Positions 48,447 through 58,571 of a DNA stretch of 64,000 nucleotides are shown here, in pieces. Below the pieces are notes generated by a model. The model did no database searches. It was not told where the DNA came from and saw only the letters and a list, made by a program, of their open reading frames with translations. Both the position numbers and the translations under genes were made by a program. Within the stretch, counting starts at the first letter, position 1. Every line of letters starts with the position of its first letter. The DNA is taken from contig OZ245838.1 of assembly GCA_965228735.1 (NCBI GenBank), forward strand, positions 7,104,001-7,168,000, read 5' to 3'. The DNA comes from Planctomycetota bacterium. GTDB taxonomy: Bacteria; Planctomycetota; UBA1135; UBA2386.

Positions 48447-49537
48447 CAGGGTTTCTTTCTGTTGGTGAGGTTGGTTTCGAGGCGGCGGTCGCCGTCCAGG
48501 TCGTCGCGGATCCAGCGCTCGATGAGTTGCACCGCGACGGGGTCCGTCAGGTGGCGACCGAACGGTGGCATCTGCGTGATCGGGTCGTCCGCGGCGATGC
48601 GCAGCGCGAGGACCGAGTGTTCCGGGGCACCGGCGGCGACCCGCAGGCGGTTCCCCGGCCGTTCGAAGCGACTCGCGACGGCCAGCGTCGTGACGATGGC
48701 GGGCGCCGGCCCACGGTGCGACAGCGGGAAATCCAACCGGAGGCCGAGGCGGCGCAGCGGACCGGCGTCGTTGTGACAGTTCGCGCAGTTGCCGTGCAGG
48801 TAGCCGAGCGCGGCCCGCTCGACGGCGCTCCGGCCGTCGATGCGCGGCGGCTGCCGCAGCCACTCGGCGGCCAGCCCGGTGAGGAGCCCGCGGTCCACGA
48901 GCGCGCGAAGGCCGACGTCTCCGGGACGCCGCGGTTCGCCGTTCGGGGCGAGCGGGTCGACATCGTCGGAGAGCTGCAGGGCCGAGAAGCCGAGCACGGG
49001 CGAACGGCCGGCCTCGTGGCACGCGCGGCAGTCCGCGAGCGACGGCAGATCGTGGTGCCGATCGCCGCGCGTGCGGCAGGCATCGCGCACACCCCCGTCG
49101 GACGCGAGCTCGGCCGTTGCGCCATCGACCGCCCAGAGATACGTCGCGTAGCGCCACGTGCCGTCGGCCAGCAGCTCCATGAACCTCGTCTCGACCGGGC
49201 GACCGAAGTCGAACTGCTTCCAGATCTTCGTGCCGACGGGGAACTGCCAATCGTCGACGGCGCTCGCGTCGATGCTCAGCCCCGGCGGCAGGGCGATGTA
49301 GCGGCGCTTGACCGCGCCGTCCGTCCACAGCGGATACTGCGGCGTGAACGTCAGCACCCCGGCCTGGATCGTGCGGCTCGCGAAGTCCGCGTAGAGCCCG
49401 GTGTCGGCCAGCCGCGCCGGCGCGGTCACGGCCTGGTCCGGCCGCGGCGGTGCGCAGCCCGCCAGCAGGCCGACCAGGACCGCGGCGATGGCGCGGCCGG
49501 ACCGGGTCTCGGGCGACGGCAGTGGTCGGTTGGACAT
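48446..49537 (-). CDS. Diheme c-type cytochrome lipoprotein (SO2930-like)
   Basis: LAGC lipobox; PLWTDGA.KRR and FPVGT; CRACH and CANCH; MPP. Confidence 0.82.
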   Translation of the reverse strand: MSNRPLPSPETRSGRAIAAVLVGLLAGCAPPRPDQAVTAPARLADTGLYADFASRTIQAGVLTFTPQYPLWTDGAVKRRYIALPPGLSIDASAVDDWQFPVGTKIWKQFDFGRPVETRFMELLADGTWRYATYLWAVDGATAELASDGGVRDACRTRGDRHHDLPSLADCRACHEAGRSPVLGFSALQLSDDVDPLAPNGEPRRPGDVGLRALVDRGLLTGLAAEWLRQPPRIDGRSAVERAALGYLHGNCANCHNDAGPLRRLGLRLDFPLSHRGPAPAIVTTLAVASRFERPGNRLRVAAGAPEHSVLALRIAADDPITQMPPFGRHLTDPVAVQLIERWIRDDLDGDRRLETNLTNRKKP

Positions 49538-49622
49538 GCCGTTCCGAGTGCCCGGCCGACGAATCCGTCACACCGACGTCACGGTTTTTCTGGGGACCCG
49601 GTCGCCGTTACGATCCACGTTC

Positions 49623-50237
49623 GTGACCGACGGCCCGATCGCCAGCGCAACAACGGCAGAGCTCGTGGCCGCGGCCCGGCAGCAGGACCGACCGGCGATC
49701 GAACAGCTGTTGATCCGTCATCTGCCGGGGCTGGAGGCGTTCGTCCGGCTGCGGATGGGCGCCCGGCTGCGCGGCCTCATGACGGCCCCGGACCTCGTGC
49801 AGTCCGTGTGCCGCGAGGTGCTCGAGGACCTCACCGCGTTCGAGTTCCGCGGCGAGGCGCCGTTCCGGCATTGGCTGTACGTCCGCGCCGAGAACAAAAT
49901 GCGGGCGCGCCACCGCTACCATCGCGCGAGCAAACGCAACCAGGAGAACGAGGTCGCGTTGCCCGAACCGAGCCAGCTCGCGGCGACGTACCGCGGCGTC
50001 TGCACGCCGAGCCAGGACCTCGAGGCGCGGGAGACGATGGAGCGCGTCGAGGCCGCGTTCGACCAACTGCCCGACGACTACCGCGAGGCGGTCATCCTCC
50101 ACAAGCTGTGCGGCCTGTCGCACAAAGAGATCGCCGAACGCATGCAGCGCAGCGAAGGCGCGGTCCGCAACCTGGTGTACCGCGGCATCTCGCGACTGGC
50201 GCTGCTCGTCGACGACGACATCACCGCGTCGGATTGA
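49623..50237 (+). CDS. ECF sigma factor (kinase-associated type)
   Basis: DLVQSV, FRHWLY, TPSQ and LSHKEIAERM..GAVRNL; GTG start inferred. Confidence 0.88.
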   Translation: MTDGPIASATTAELVAAARQQDRPAIEQLLIRHLPGLEAFVRLRMGARLRGLMTAPDLVQSVCREVLEDLTAFEFRGEAPFRHWLYVRAENKMRARHRYHRASKRNQENEVALPEPSQLAATYRGVCTPSQDLEARETMERVEAAFDQLPDDYREAVILHKLCGLSHKEIAERMQRSEGAVRNLVYRGISRLALLVDDDITASD

Positions 50238-52884
50238 CGCGGGCCGCGAGGCGCTGCAGCAGTTCCCCGAACTCGGGAAGTCCGCGCAGCGGATCGTAGA
50301 CGCGGTCGTTGAACGCGCTGCCCGAGCCCCAACCGAGGGCCTCGGCCGCGAGCAGGTTCGCCATCGCCTCGCGCACGAACCGCTCCCGACGAACGCCGCT
50401 GCCCTCCGGCTGCGGCACGATGGCATCGAGCACCGCAACGCACCGCAGCCAGAGCCGCGCGCTGCGCCGGCGCGCGACCGGTCGATCGGCGAGCTCGGCG
50501 AGCTCGCCGGCCGTGACCTCGAGCGCATCGAGCCGGCCCATCTGCGCGAGCGTCGAGCCCCGCACGGTGAGGTGGTTCATGAGGTAGTCGCTCGCCTGTT
50601 CGAACGTCGGCATCGCCGCGAGCACCTCGCGCTGCAGTGTGACCGCGCGTCCGAGCAGCTCCAACGACTCTTCGTCCCGCGCCTGCCGGTAGTAGAGGTT
50701 GGCGAGGTTGTGCAACGCGCCCGCGAGGTCGCTCTTCAACATGACGTCGCTCGGGTGTTCGCGCAGGACCGCCTCGCGCAACGCGACGGCCTCGAGCAGC
50801 GGCGCCGACGCGCGCTCGTCGCGGCGCGCCACGTGCAGGTTGCCGATCGACGTGAGCACGACGCTGACGAGGAACGGCTGCGGCGGCCAGATCGTCGCGT
50901 CCGCGGGGATCTCGCGCGCGTTCGCGAGCCCCTCGTCGAGGAGCGCGAGCGCGTCGTCGTGGCGACCGGTCCGCGTCAGCAACGTGCCGAAGTTGTCGAG
51001 CACGTCGACGAGCACCTGCCGGTCCGCGGCATCGAAGGGCCGCTCGGCGCAGATTGCCCGAGCCTGCAGGAGCGCCGCGCGATACTCGCGTTCCATCCGA
51101 TCGCCCTCGACCAGATGGTCGCCGATCGCGGCCGCCGCGAGGCAGCGCTGGACGTCGACGCGCCGCCGATCCAGTTCGAACTCGGGATGGTGCGCGAGCA
51201 CCGCGAGATCGGCCACGACCGCGTCGAGCGCCAGCTCCGCCGCCGGCCGATCGCCGCGCTGGACCGCGTTCCGGGCGATTCCGAGGTGAACGTACGAACG
51301 GGCGTTGACGAACGATGCCGGGATGTCGTTCGACCCGTTGCCCAGCACCCGGAGCCCCTCGCGCAGGGCGGCCCGTGCGCCGGCTTCGTCCCCGTCACGC
51401 ACGAGCAGGTCCGCATACCGGTAGAGCGCCTTCGCGGCGTCGACGCGCAGACTCGCGTGACCCGGGTGATCGCGCAGCAGGCGGTCGTACATGTTGCAGG
51501 CATCGCGCAGCGATGCGATCGCCATGCCGCGCGCCGCCGGCACGTAGCGCAGGCGGTCCTCGCCGACGCGGACGAGCAGCGACTCGATCGCGTCGAGGGT
51601 CGTTCCGAGGCTGCGGTCGGCCTGCTCGACCGCGCTCTGCAGGTCGCGGTTGATGCCGCGTTCACGCCACGCAACGACGGCCGGCAGCAGGGCTCCGACG
51701 ACCACGATGCACGCGATGATCGTCGCGGCGGCACGATGCCGCTGACTCCAACGCAACAGCCGCAGTCCCGGTCCCGGGTCGCGCGCCCGGATCGGCCGCC
51801 GCGCGAGGATCGCCTGCAGGTCGTCGAGGAACGCCTGCATGTCCGGGTAGCGCCGGTCGCGCTCGATGTCCATCGCGACGCGCAGCACGATCACGAGCTC
51901 GCGCGGCAGATCGCGGTTGTGGAGCCGCGGGTTCGCCTTCTCGCCGGCCAGGACCCTGGACGGATCGTCCCCCGGCGCGAACGGCGGCATCAGCGTCACG
52001 AGCTGCCACAACGTCGCGCCGAGCGAATAGACGTCGGTCCGCTCGTCGACGGCGTCGCCGCGGAGCTGCTCCGGCGACATGAACGCGGGCGAGCCGAGCG
52101 CGTGGCCCGTGCGCGTCAGGTCACTGCCGACGCCGACTCGCGCGACGCCGAAGTCGAGCAGGACGGCGCGACCGTCCGTCGTGAGCATCACGTTCGAGGG
52201 TTTGATGTCACGATGCACGATGCCGCGCATGTGCGCGTGGCGGACGCCGATCGCGACCGCGTGCACGACGTGGACGGCGGCCTGCCACCACGGCCCGGAG
52301 TACGGCGACGGCATCGCGCCGGCCACGCCGAGCGCGGTCCACAGGTCGTCCCCGGTCAGCGTCGCCGGGTCGCGCCCTGCGACCGCCGCCGTCACCTCGT
52401 GCAGCGTACGGCCGGGCAGCAGTTCCATCGCGTAGTACGGGATCCCGTCCTGTTCGCCGGACGCGAGGATGGGCACGATCGCGGGATGTGACAGCCGGGC
52501 GACGGCTTCGATCTCCCGGCGGAACCGCTCGCGTGCGCCCTCGAAATAGAGCAGCTCAGGCCGCACGACCTTGAGCGCGACCGGCCGATCGAGCGAGAGC
52601 TGTCGGGCCTCGTAGACGACTCCCATGCCGCCGCTGCCGAGCCGGCGCAGCAGGCGGAACTCCCCGAGGCGATCGGGGAAGTCGGCGCGCTCGGCGGGAC
52701 CAGCGAGCCCCATCTGCAGCGCGCGCTGCAGACCGCGCTCGAGCGCCGCGCGGTGGGTCGGATGAGCGTCGACGAAGCGCTGCAGCGCCGCGTCACCGCC
52801 GACGTCGAACGCAGCCAGCGCGCCGGCGAGCAACTCTTCGAGCCGTTCGGGAACGGGCGTGGGCATCGGGTCGGCCGTGATCAT
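50221..52884 (-). CDS. Ser/Thr protein kinase with TM and TPR repeats
   Basis: LGSGGMGVVY, VALK, HRDIKPSN, DFG, MSPEQ and DVYSLG motifs. Confidence 0.95.
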   Translation of the reverse strand: MITADPMPTPVPERLEELLAGALAAFDVGGDAALQRFVDAHPTHRAALERGLQRALQMGLAGPAERADFPDRLGEFRLLRRLGSGGMGVVYEARQLSLDRPVALKVVRPELLYFEGARERFRREIEAVARLSHPAIVPILASGEQDGIPYYAMELLPGRTLHEVTAAVAGRDPATLTGDDLWTALGVAGAMPSPYSGPWWQAAVHVVHAVAIGVRHAHMRGIVHRDIKPSNVMLTTDGRAVLLDFGVARVGVGSDLTRTGHALGSPAFMSPEQLRGDAVDERTDVYSLGATLWQLVTLMPPFAPGDDPSRVLAGEKANPRLHNRDLPRELVIVLRVAMDIERDRRYPDMQAFLDDLQAILARRPIRARDPGPGLRLLRWSQRHRAAATIIACIVVVGALLPAVVAWRERGINRDLQSAVEQADRSLGTTLDAIESLLVRVGEDRLRYVPAARGMAIASLRDACNMYDRLLRDHPGHASLRVDAAKALYRYADLLVRDGDEAGARAALREGLRVLGNGSNDIPASFVNARSYVHLGIARNAVQRGDRPAAELALDAVVADLAVLAHHPEFELDRRRVDVQRCLAAAAIGDHLVEGDRMEREYRAALLQARAICAERPFDAADRQVLVDVLDNFGTLLTRTGRHDDALALLDEGLANAREIPADATIWPPQPFLVSVVLTSIGNLHVARRDERASAPLLEAVALREAVLREHPSDVMLKSDLAGALHNLANLYYRQARDEESLELLGRAVTLQREVLAAMPTFEQASDYLMNHLTVRGSTLAQMGRLDALEVTAGELAELADRPVARRRSARLWLRCVAVLDAIVPQPEGSGVRRERFVREAMANLLAAEALGWGSGSAFNDRVYDPLRGLPEFGELLQRLAARVNPTR

Positions 52885-52996
52885 AGCGCCGTGGGGCGGA
52901 CCGGAAACCAGCGGGCACCGCCCGCACGGCGGGGCCACCCGAGGAAGTCGCACCGCCGGTGGGACGATCGGCCCGCCCCGGAACCCGTGCGCCGGC

Positions 52997-54418
52997 CTAC
53001 CGGCCCGCGCCGAACGCCGGCGGCGGCGCGACCAGCCGGGTGACGCCGGCCGCCTCGCCCGCGAGGAACCGCGCGATCGTGGGCACGACGTCCGGGTGAT
53101 CGAAGAACAGGTTGTGCCCGCCGTTCTCCACCGTCACGAGGGTGCCGTGCTCGAGCCGCTGCGCGAGCTCCTGGTGCGACTCGACGTAGGTGCGCCCATC
53201 GAGCGTGCCGCTCAGGATCAGCGTCGGGCGATCGCCGGCCGACGGCGCGCGGAACGCGTCGTCGAGCTCGAGCCCGCCGACGACGCCGCGCAGGTGCGGC
53301 ATCGGGAAGTTGAGCGCGTCGTCGAGCAGCGCGCTTCGCCGCTGCTCCTCGACGACCGCGAGCCGCGCTGCCGAGATGCCCGACGCCAGATCCATCGCTT
53401 CGGGCATGCCGCGCAGCCGGATCGCGGTCGGCGAGATCCATCCCAGCCATCGCCCGAACCAGGCGAAGTCACCGTCCGCGGCGCGATCGATCGCGCCGAG
53501 CAACGTCGCGATGTCGTCGGGGTCGGCGATCGAGTAGCCGATGGCGATCTGCATGTCGAACCGCCCGAGCACGCGCGCGCCCCCGGCGCTGCCGCGGCGT
53601 CGCAATGCGAACTCCGGCCGGTCGCGGTCGCAGCGGGCGAGCGCCGCGGCGATGCGCCCGGCGACGTCGGGAAAGCGCGCCTTCGCCGCCGGCTCGGCGT
53701 CGATCGCGGCCTGCAGCCGGGCGAAGTAGGCGTCCGTGCGGCGCGGTAGCTTGACCGTCTCGTCCAGACCTTCCGGACTGACGAGCACGACCCGGTCGAC
53801 GTGGTCGGGAAAGAGCTTCGCGTAGGCGAGCGCGAGATGCGTGCCGTAGCTGATGCCGAGCAGCGAGAGCCGCTCGACACCGAGCGCCTGCCGGAGGTCG
53901 TCGAGATCGCGTGCGCTCTCCGCCGTGGTGTAACCGCGGATGTCGATTCCCGTCTCGGCCCAGTGCGCGACGGCCTGCCGCATCGCCTCGCGATGGAGTC
54001 TGGTCCACAGCGCCCGCGTGCCCGGCTCGCCGGCCGGGAATCCGACCGACGACGTGAACGCTCCCGGGCCGTCCGAGTCCCCGGTGCCGCGCTGATCGAA
54101 CGCGATGACGTCGCGATCCTGCATCAGGGCCGCGAACAGCGGCCACCTGCGGCCGCGTGCCGTCGCGATCCCCGACCCGCCCGGCCCGCCGGCCAGGTAG
54201 ACCACCGGCGTCAAGTCGGCGTCTTGCTGCCGGGACGGGAACCTGACGAAGCGCAGCTTCAGGACCCGGCCGTGCTCGGCGGCGCGCCGCTCCGGCACGG
54301 TGAAGGTCACGCGCTCGGCGGCGACGGCGTCGTGGCCGTTGGGCTCGAACTCGATGGGCTCCCGAACCTGGGCCGAGGCCAGGCCGCAGAGCAGACACAG
54401 CGCGGGGATCGTTCGCAT
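52997..54418 (-). CDS. Secreted alpha/beta hydrolase (TAP-like peptidase)
   Basis: GGPG, DQRG, GISYG, SGTLD and GGH motifs. Confidence 0.9.
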   Translation of the reverse strand: MRTIPALCLLCGLASAQVREPIEFEPNGHDAVAAERVTFTVPERRAAEHGRVLKLRFVRFPSRQQDADLTPVVYLAGGPGGSGIATARGRRWPLFAALMQDRDVIAFDQRGTGDSDGPGAFTSSVGFPAGEPGTRALWTRLHREAMRQAVAHWAETGIDIRGYTTAESARDLDDLRQALGVERLSLLGISYGTHLALAYAKLFPDHVDRVVLVSPEGLDETVKLPRRTDAYFARLQAAIDAEPAAKARFPDVAGRIAAALARCDRDRPEFALRRRGSAGGARVLGRFDMQIAIGYSIADPDDIATLLGAIDRAADGDFAWFGRWLGWISPTAIRLRGMPEAMDLASGISAARLAVVEEQRRSALLDDALNFPMPHLRGVVGGLELDDAFRAPSAGDRPTLILSGTLDGRTYVESHQELAQRLEHGTLVTVENGGHNLFFDHPDVVPTIARFLAGEAAGVTRLVAPPPAFGAGR

Positions 54419-54469
54419 ATCGGGAGCGCGAGGCGTTGGATGCGCTAGGGCCTGATGTGGCGCGCGGCG

Positions 54470-55078
54470 TCAGCGGTCCTCGGAGTCCGGCTCGTCCTCG
54501 TCGACGATCTCGTCACCGGCGATGTCGATGCCGAACCAACCCAGCAGGAAGTCGACGAACTCGCCGGGAGAGACGCCGACGTGCAGACCGACGCCGAGGG
54601 ACACCTCGGCGTAGACGTCGAACGTGCGGTGCAAGCGCTGCTCCCAACGCTCCCCCTGGTTGAACAACCGGGTGCGCGGCCGGGCTCCCATCAACGGCAC
54701 GGGGATCACGTTCGAGAGTGGATCGCTGACCGTCAGATAGGGGGGCATCGGTCCGTCGTAGTAGCCTTCGCTCCCGACGAGCGCGACCATCTCCGCGCCC
54801 GAGTCCTGGATCCACGACTGCGCCAGCACCAGCGCCCCTCGCGAGGTCCGGGTTGCCGTGCCCGCATAGCGGCCATGCAGCGCGTACACGTCCTGCTCGT
54901 TGTAGCCGATCACGATGCCGACCGCGTCCGTCGCTTTCAGCCCGACGTGTGCGCCCGCGCCGGCGCCGACCTCGAACGTCACGATGTCGAGCAGGTCCGC
55001 CACGCGGTTCTTGAGGTAGGAGCAGCCCCCCGTGGCGAGCAGCAGCAGCAGGCAGCCGATCGTGGAGCGCATTCTCAT
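54470..55078 (-). CDS. Hypothetical lipoprotein
   Basis: TGGC lipobox; NRVADLLDI..GEFVDFLLGWFGIDI; start uncertain (55078 or 55087). Confidence 0.7.
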   Translation of the reverse strand: MRMRSTIGCLLLLLATGGCSYLKNRVADLLDIVTFEVGAGAGAHVGLKATDAVGIVIGYNEQDVYALHGRYAGTATRTSRGALVLAQSWIQDSGAEMVALVGSEGYYDGPMPPYLTVSDPLSNVIPVPLMGARPRTRLFNQGERWEQRLHRTFDVYAEVSLGVGLHVGVSPGEFVDFLLGWFGIDIAGDEIVDEDEPDSEDR

Positions 55079-55293
55079 GTCGGACATGGTAGCCGGGTGC
55101 CGGCGCAGCGCCGACCGCCTTCGGCGTGCCGTGTCGGAGCAAGCGATGGCGGGGTTGTTGTCAGCCGACCGACATCGGGAGCGCAACCGCCTGGCGCGAT
55201 CACCCAGCGGGCGTTCGGTTGCACCGTGAACGCTCGACTGGGGCCGAGGAGCGACTCGGGGCGCGGTCACGATGACCGGCGTCCGCGCACAAG

Positions 55294-55383
55294 AACGCCC
55301 CGCGGCTCTCAACCGCGAGGCGTTCTCATCCGCATCATCTGCGGCGACTGGCTCCCGAGAGCGGTCGTGGATGCGAAGTTCGG
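55294..55383. repeat. 90-bp structured direct repeat, copy A (att-like)
   Basis: Matches 60825-60914 with 6 mismatches by manual alignment. Confidence 0.85.
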
Positions 55384-55466
55384 TTGGAGTGACTGGCGTC
55401 CGGAGTCGCCGGTGACATGGGGCGCTCGCGGCCCAGGTCTCATGCCGGCTTGCGCCCGCGCCGATG

Positions 55467-55486
55467 TGTTATAACATGGTGATAAC
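55467..55486 (+). promoter_or_regulatory. TA operator / extended -10 promoter
   Basis: Perfect palindrome TGTTATAACA (55467-55476) plus an imperfect copy GGTGATAACA directly at the antitoxin ATG. Confidence 0.65.
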
Positions 55487-55735
55487 ATGACCGACTCCCT
55501 CATCGAGCTGCGACTGCGGCGAGTGGGCAACTCCCTGGGCGTCATCTTGCCCAGGGAGGCGCTCGAGGCCCTCGGCGTCGACGCCAAGGAAGGGGCAAAG
55601 CTGGCGCTCGTCCGGTTGCCCGACGGCAGCGGGCTCGAGCTGCGCCACGAGGACGCGAAGTTCGAGCGCAAGCTCGCCCTGCTGCGCGACACGATGCAGA
55701 AGTACAAGAACACGCTCCGGTCGCTGGCGAAGTGA
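55487..55735 (+). CDS. AbrB/MazE-family antitoxin
   Basis: RRVGNSLGVILPRE motif; YKNTLRSLAK tail. Confidence 0.9.
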   Translation: MTDSLIELRLRRVGNSLGVILPREALEALGVDAKEGAKLALVRLPDGSGLELRHEDAKFERKLALLRDTMQKYKNTLRSLAK

Positions 55736-56115
55736 CCGCCGAGCCGGAGTGGATCGAGCTGGCAGATGCCCTGCTGTTCCACGGCCGGTTGATCGCGGTG
55801 TTCGGCGGCGCCTCGGGCATCAGTGACAAGGGACTGCTCGAGTCGGCGCTGAGTCGCCCACGAAACCTGTTCGGCTACGGTACGACCGATCACTTCGAAC
55901 TGGCTGCCGCGTATGCGCACGGCATCGTCCAGAATCACCCGTTCGTGGACGGCAACAAGCGAGCGGCCTTCGTGATTGCGCGTGTCTTCCTCGGCATCAA
56001 CGAGCTTGCGTTCGATCCGCCGGAGGAGGAAGCGGTCGTCATGGTGGAGGGGCTTGCGGCGGGTGAGGTGTCGCAGGCGCTGTTCGCCGAATGGCTGCGG
56101 AAGCACACCAAGTAG
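55732..56115 (+). CDS. doc: Death-on-curing (Doc/Fic) toxin
   Basis: GLLESALSRP and NHPFVDGNKR; GTGA overlap with the antitoxin. Confidence 0.93.
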   Translation: MTAEPEWIELADALLFHGRLIAVFGGASGISDKGLLESALSRPRNLFGYGTTDHFELAAAYAHGIVQNHPFVDGNKRAAFVIARVFLGINELAFDPPEEEAVVMVEGLAAGEVSQALFAEWLRKHTK

Positions 56116-56172
56116 TCGGGGCGGCCTCGTCATGGTATTGCGATCGCCGTCTGCGTCTGGCAAGACGCCACC

Positions 56173-56419
56173 GTGTCCGACCTGCTGCCGCTTCGCCTCC
56201 TGCTGCTTGCCTTCGCCGGCCTCGTCAACCGCGATCAGGCCCGTCTGCTTGCCTACACTCTCGAAGAGAACCGTATCCTGCGCGAGCAGATCGGTTCACG
56301 CCGACTTGCACCTGACCGCGGAGCAGCGCCGCCGATTGGCCAGGCTCGGGAAGGCGCTCGGTCGCAAGGTGCTGAGCCGGGTCGCGACGATCGTCACGCC
56401 CGACACCATCCTGAGGTGG
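56173..56419 (+). pseudogene. Frameshifted N-terminal relic of an integrase-core/IS3-like transposase
   Basis: YTLEENRILREQIGSRR, frameshift near 56305, then LHLTAEQRRRLARLGKALGRKVLSRVATIVTPDTILRW, then interrupted. Confidence 0.8.
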
Positions 56420-56450
56420 TGTCATGGACCGCCCTATGAGAGCCACTCCG

Positions 56451-56568
56451 GTTCGGCCAAGCGGAGCCACCTCCAGTTCGGCCAAGCGGAGCCAGGGCAG
56501 TTCGGCGAAGCGGAGCCACCCTGGTTCGGCCAAGCGGAGCCAGCCGAGTTCGGTCGGGCCGGAAGTCA
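56451..56568. repeat. Tandem 24-25-bp repeats with core GTTCGGCCAAGCGGAGCCA
   Basis: Copies start at 56451, 56476, 56500 and 56524, with a degenerate copy at 56548. Confidence 0.9.
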
Positions 56569-56660
56569 GATCTGAAACTGGGTGAGCCCCCTGCCGCCCG
56601 GGATCCTCGCGGGAATCACCAAACCCCCAAGAGGACCAGATGGGCTTCAGGAGGCTCTCG

Positions 56661-56960
56661 ATGCATCGTCTACAAGATCTCGTTCGACTTCACCGTCAAG
56701 GTCAGCCAAACCGCGCAATCTCGCGCTTGTTGCGCATGGGGCGCAACACGGTCGCCCGCTACCGCAGTGCGCTACTGGCTGCAGGTCTGCTGGACGGCAA
56801 CACCGAGGAGCTGCCGGGCATGGAGGAGCTGCGCGCGGCCGTGGACACGCACGCGCCATCGGCACTGCCCCCGCAGCAGCGGTCCTCGATCGAGCGTTGG
56901 CTGCCGATCATCGACGAGAAGCATGCGGCTGGCGTGAAGCCGACCGCGATCTACCGGTGG
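56661..56960 (+). pseudogene. istA: Truncated IS21 transposase
   Basis: AGGAGG + MHRLQDLVRLHRQG..ISRLLRMGRNTVARY (HTH)..PPQQRSS..TAIY; similarity is lost afterwards. Confidence 0.7.
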
Positions 56961-57159
56961 TCAGCCGCTGGCAGTTTGCGAGCCGCAGAGCGATGCTCAG
57001 CAAGAGACGTTGCTGCGGGCTTGGAGGCAGGCCCAGGCCGGCGAGGGCCGCCGCGCCGACGACGTGCTCGACGATCTCGGGCGCAAGTGATTTCGTTCGT
57101 TGGCACCCGGCGAGTCCGCCCGCTTGCGGAAGCACCGGCGAGGGGTAATCTTGCCCTTC

Positions 57160-57387
57160 ATGTCCTGGACCGACCGCATCACGATCGAGCCCGGCAAGCG
57201 TGGCGGCAAGCCGTGCATTCGCGGGCTTCGCATCACCGTGTCGGACATCCTCGAGTACCTCGCATCAGGCATGTCGGAAGACGAGATCCTCGCCGACTTC
57301 CCCGACCTGGAGCGCGCTGACATCCGCGCGGCCCTCGCGTTCGCGGCGGAGCGGGAGCGACGGCTCGTGGAAGTCCGGCCCGCGTGA
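57160..57387 (+). CDS. DUF433 family antitoxin
   Basis: RITIEPGKRGGKPCIRGLRITV..ILADFPDL..DIRAALAFA. Confidence 0.92.
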   Translation: MSWTDRITIEPGKRGGKPCIRGLRITVSDILEYLASGMSEDEILADFPDLERADIRAALAFAAERERRLVEVRPA

Positions 57388-57563
57388 AACTCCTGTTCGA
57401 CGAGAACCTCGCCCCGCGGCTCGCCGTGGGGTTGCAGGACCTGTTTCCCGAATCGCAGCACGTCCGCGATGCCGGACTTGCCGGTGCCTCGGATGCCGAG
57501 GTGTGGGACTACGCCAAGACACGAGGGTTCGCGATCGTGTCGAAGGACTCTGACTTCCAGCGC
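57384..57563 (+). pseudogene. DUF5615 PIN-like toxin, apparently 3'-truncated
   Basis: MKLLFDENL..SDAEVW..IVSKDSDFQR; the expected C-terminal half is absent and the frame runs antisense into the convergent gene. Confidence 0.72.
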
Positions 57564-57602
57564 ATCCATCGCCTGCGAGCCCTCACGTTTCCGCAAGCGG
57601 CG

Positions 57603-58520
57603 CTAAGTTTGAACTACGACGCCGTTCGTCCCAATGAACGTGCCGCCACTGATCGCGATGCCTTGCGTGTAGAACGTCAGGCCCGGGATCGGAGGAAAGG
57701 TCGCCTCGAAGTCGACGAACTTGCGGTTGTTTGGTCCGTCGAGGAGCGGCACTCCGAGGATGAACTGGGGCTGTACGAGTAACGGACAGGCGAAGCTGGG
57801 CAACTGGACGTTCCACTGCGTGTCGCCGCCCATAAGCCAGGCGAACGTCGCGTCGCTGGGTAGGGAAGCCACGAACACTCGGTCGAACGTTGCGTCGCCG
57901 TGCTGACAGCCCAGTTCACCGGCGCAGTTGGGACCGAACACGGGCTCCAGGTTTGGCTCGACGAAATCGAGGACGATGGCCGAACTCACGGCGGAGGCGC
58001 CCGAGGAAGGGGAGCTCGCAGAGTCGATCGTCCAACGCACTTCCGTGCCGCGGCGATCGCAAAGCACCGGGAGCGTCGTTTGCGGCGTCGATGTGAGCCC
58101 GGATGCGCTGTGCTCCAGGATTCCGTCAGCTCCGACGTCGATCTCGGATTGCGCACCGACTGCGAGAGGCGATAGCCAGAGGTTGTAGTCCACCTGCACG
58201 TCGAACTCGAGGTGAACGCGGCTTGGTGCTGGCGCGGTCACGACAGTGGTCAGCGATGTGCGCGCCGCAGTGTAGAAGTGGTGCAGTTGCGACGCGCGCT
58301 GTCGTGCCTCCAAGCGGTTGCCTGCCCGATCGAGACTAATCACTCCGAGATAGACGAAGCTCGGAAATGTCACGGGTCCGGGCGGAAGGTAGTGGTACTG
58401 GCCCGAGCCCTCCGACGTGAAGTACCAGGTGGCCTGAGGCGCGTTGCGAGTATCGAGTTGCAAGCCTTGCGCCGGCAAGCTGGCGAGTGACATCGATACC
58501 GCGATAAGCGAGTTCCGCAT
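57603..58520 (-). CDS. Secreted protein with shared C-terminal module
   Basis: Signal peptide ending LPA-Q; FGPNC...PGLTFYTQ..TNGVVV. Confidence 0.78.
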   Translation of the reverse strand: MRNSLIAVSMSLASLPAQGLQLDTRNAPQATWYFTSEGSGQYHYLPPGPVTFPSFVYLGVISLDRAGNRLEARQRASQLHHFYTAARTSLTTVVTAPAPSRVHLEFDVQVDYNLWLSPLAVGAQSEIDVGADGILEHSASGLTSTPQTTLPVLCDRRGTEVRWTIDSASSPSSGASAVSSAIVLDFVEPNLEPVFGPNCAGELGCQHGDATFDRVFVASLPSDATFAWLMGGDTQWNVQLPSFACPLLVQPQFILGVPLLDGPNNRKFVDFEATFPPIPGLTFYTQGIAISGGTFIGTNGVVVQT

Positions 58521-58571
58521 TCGTCAGATTCTACAGGCAATGTGACGTGCGTTCTCTCTCATGGCGCCGGG

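Larger units (their letters stand above)
56420..56960 (+). mobile_element. Truncated IS21-family element (left end plus 5' part of istA)
   Basis: Starts with TGTC; subterminal tandem repeats; truncated IstA-like ORF. Confidence 0.72.

Noticed and set aside
56451..56568. CRISPR array
   Set aside because: Spacers are only 5-6 nt, there are no cas genes, and the position fits IS21 subterminal repeats.
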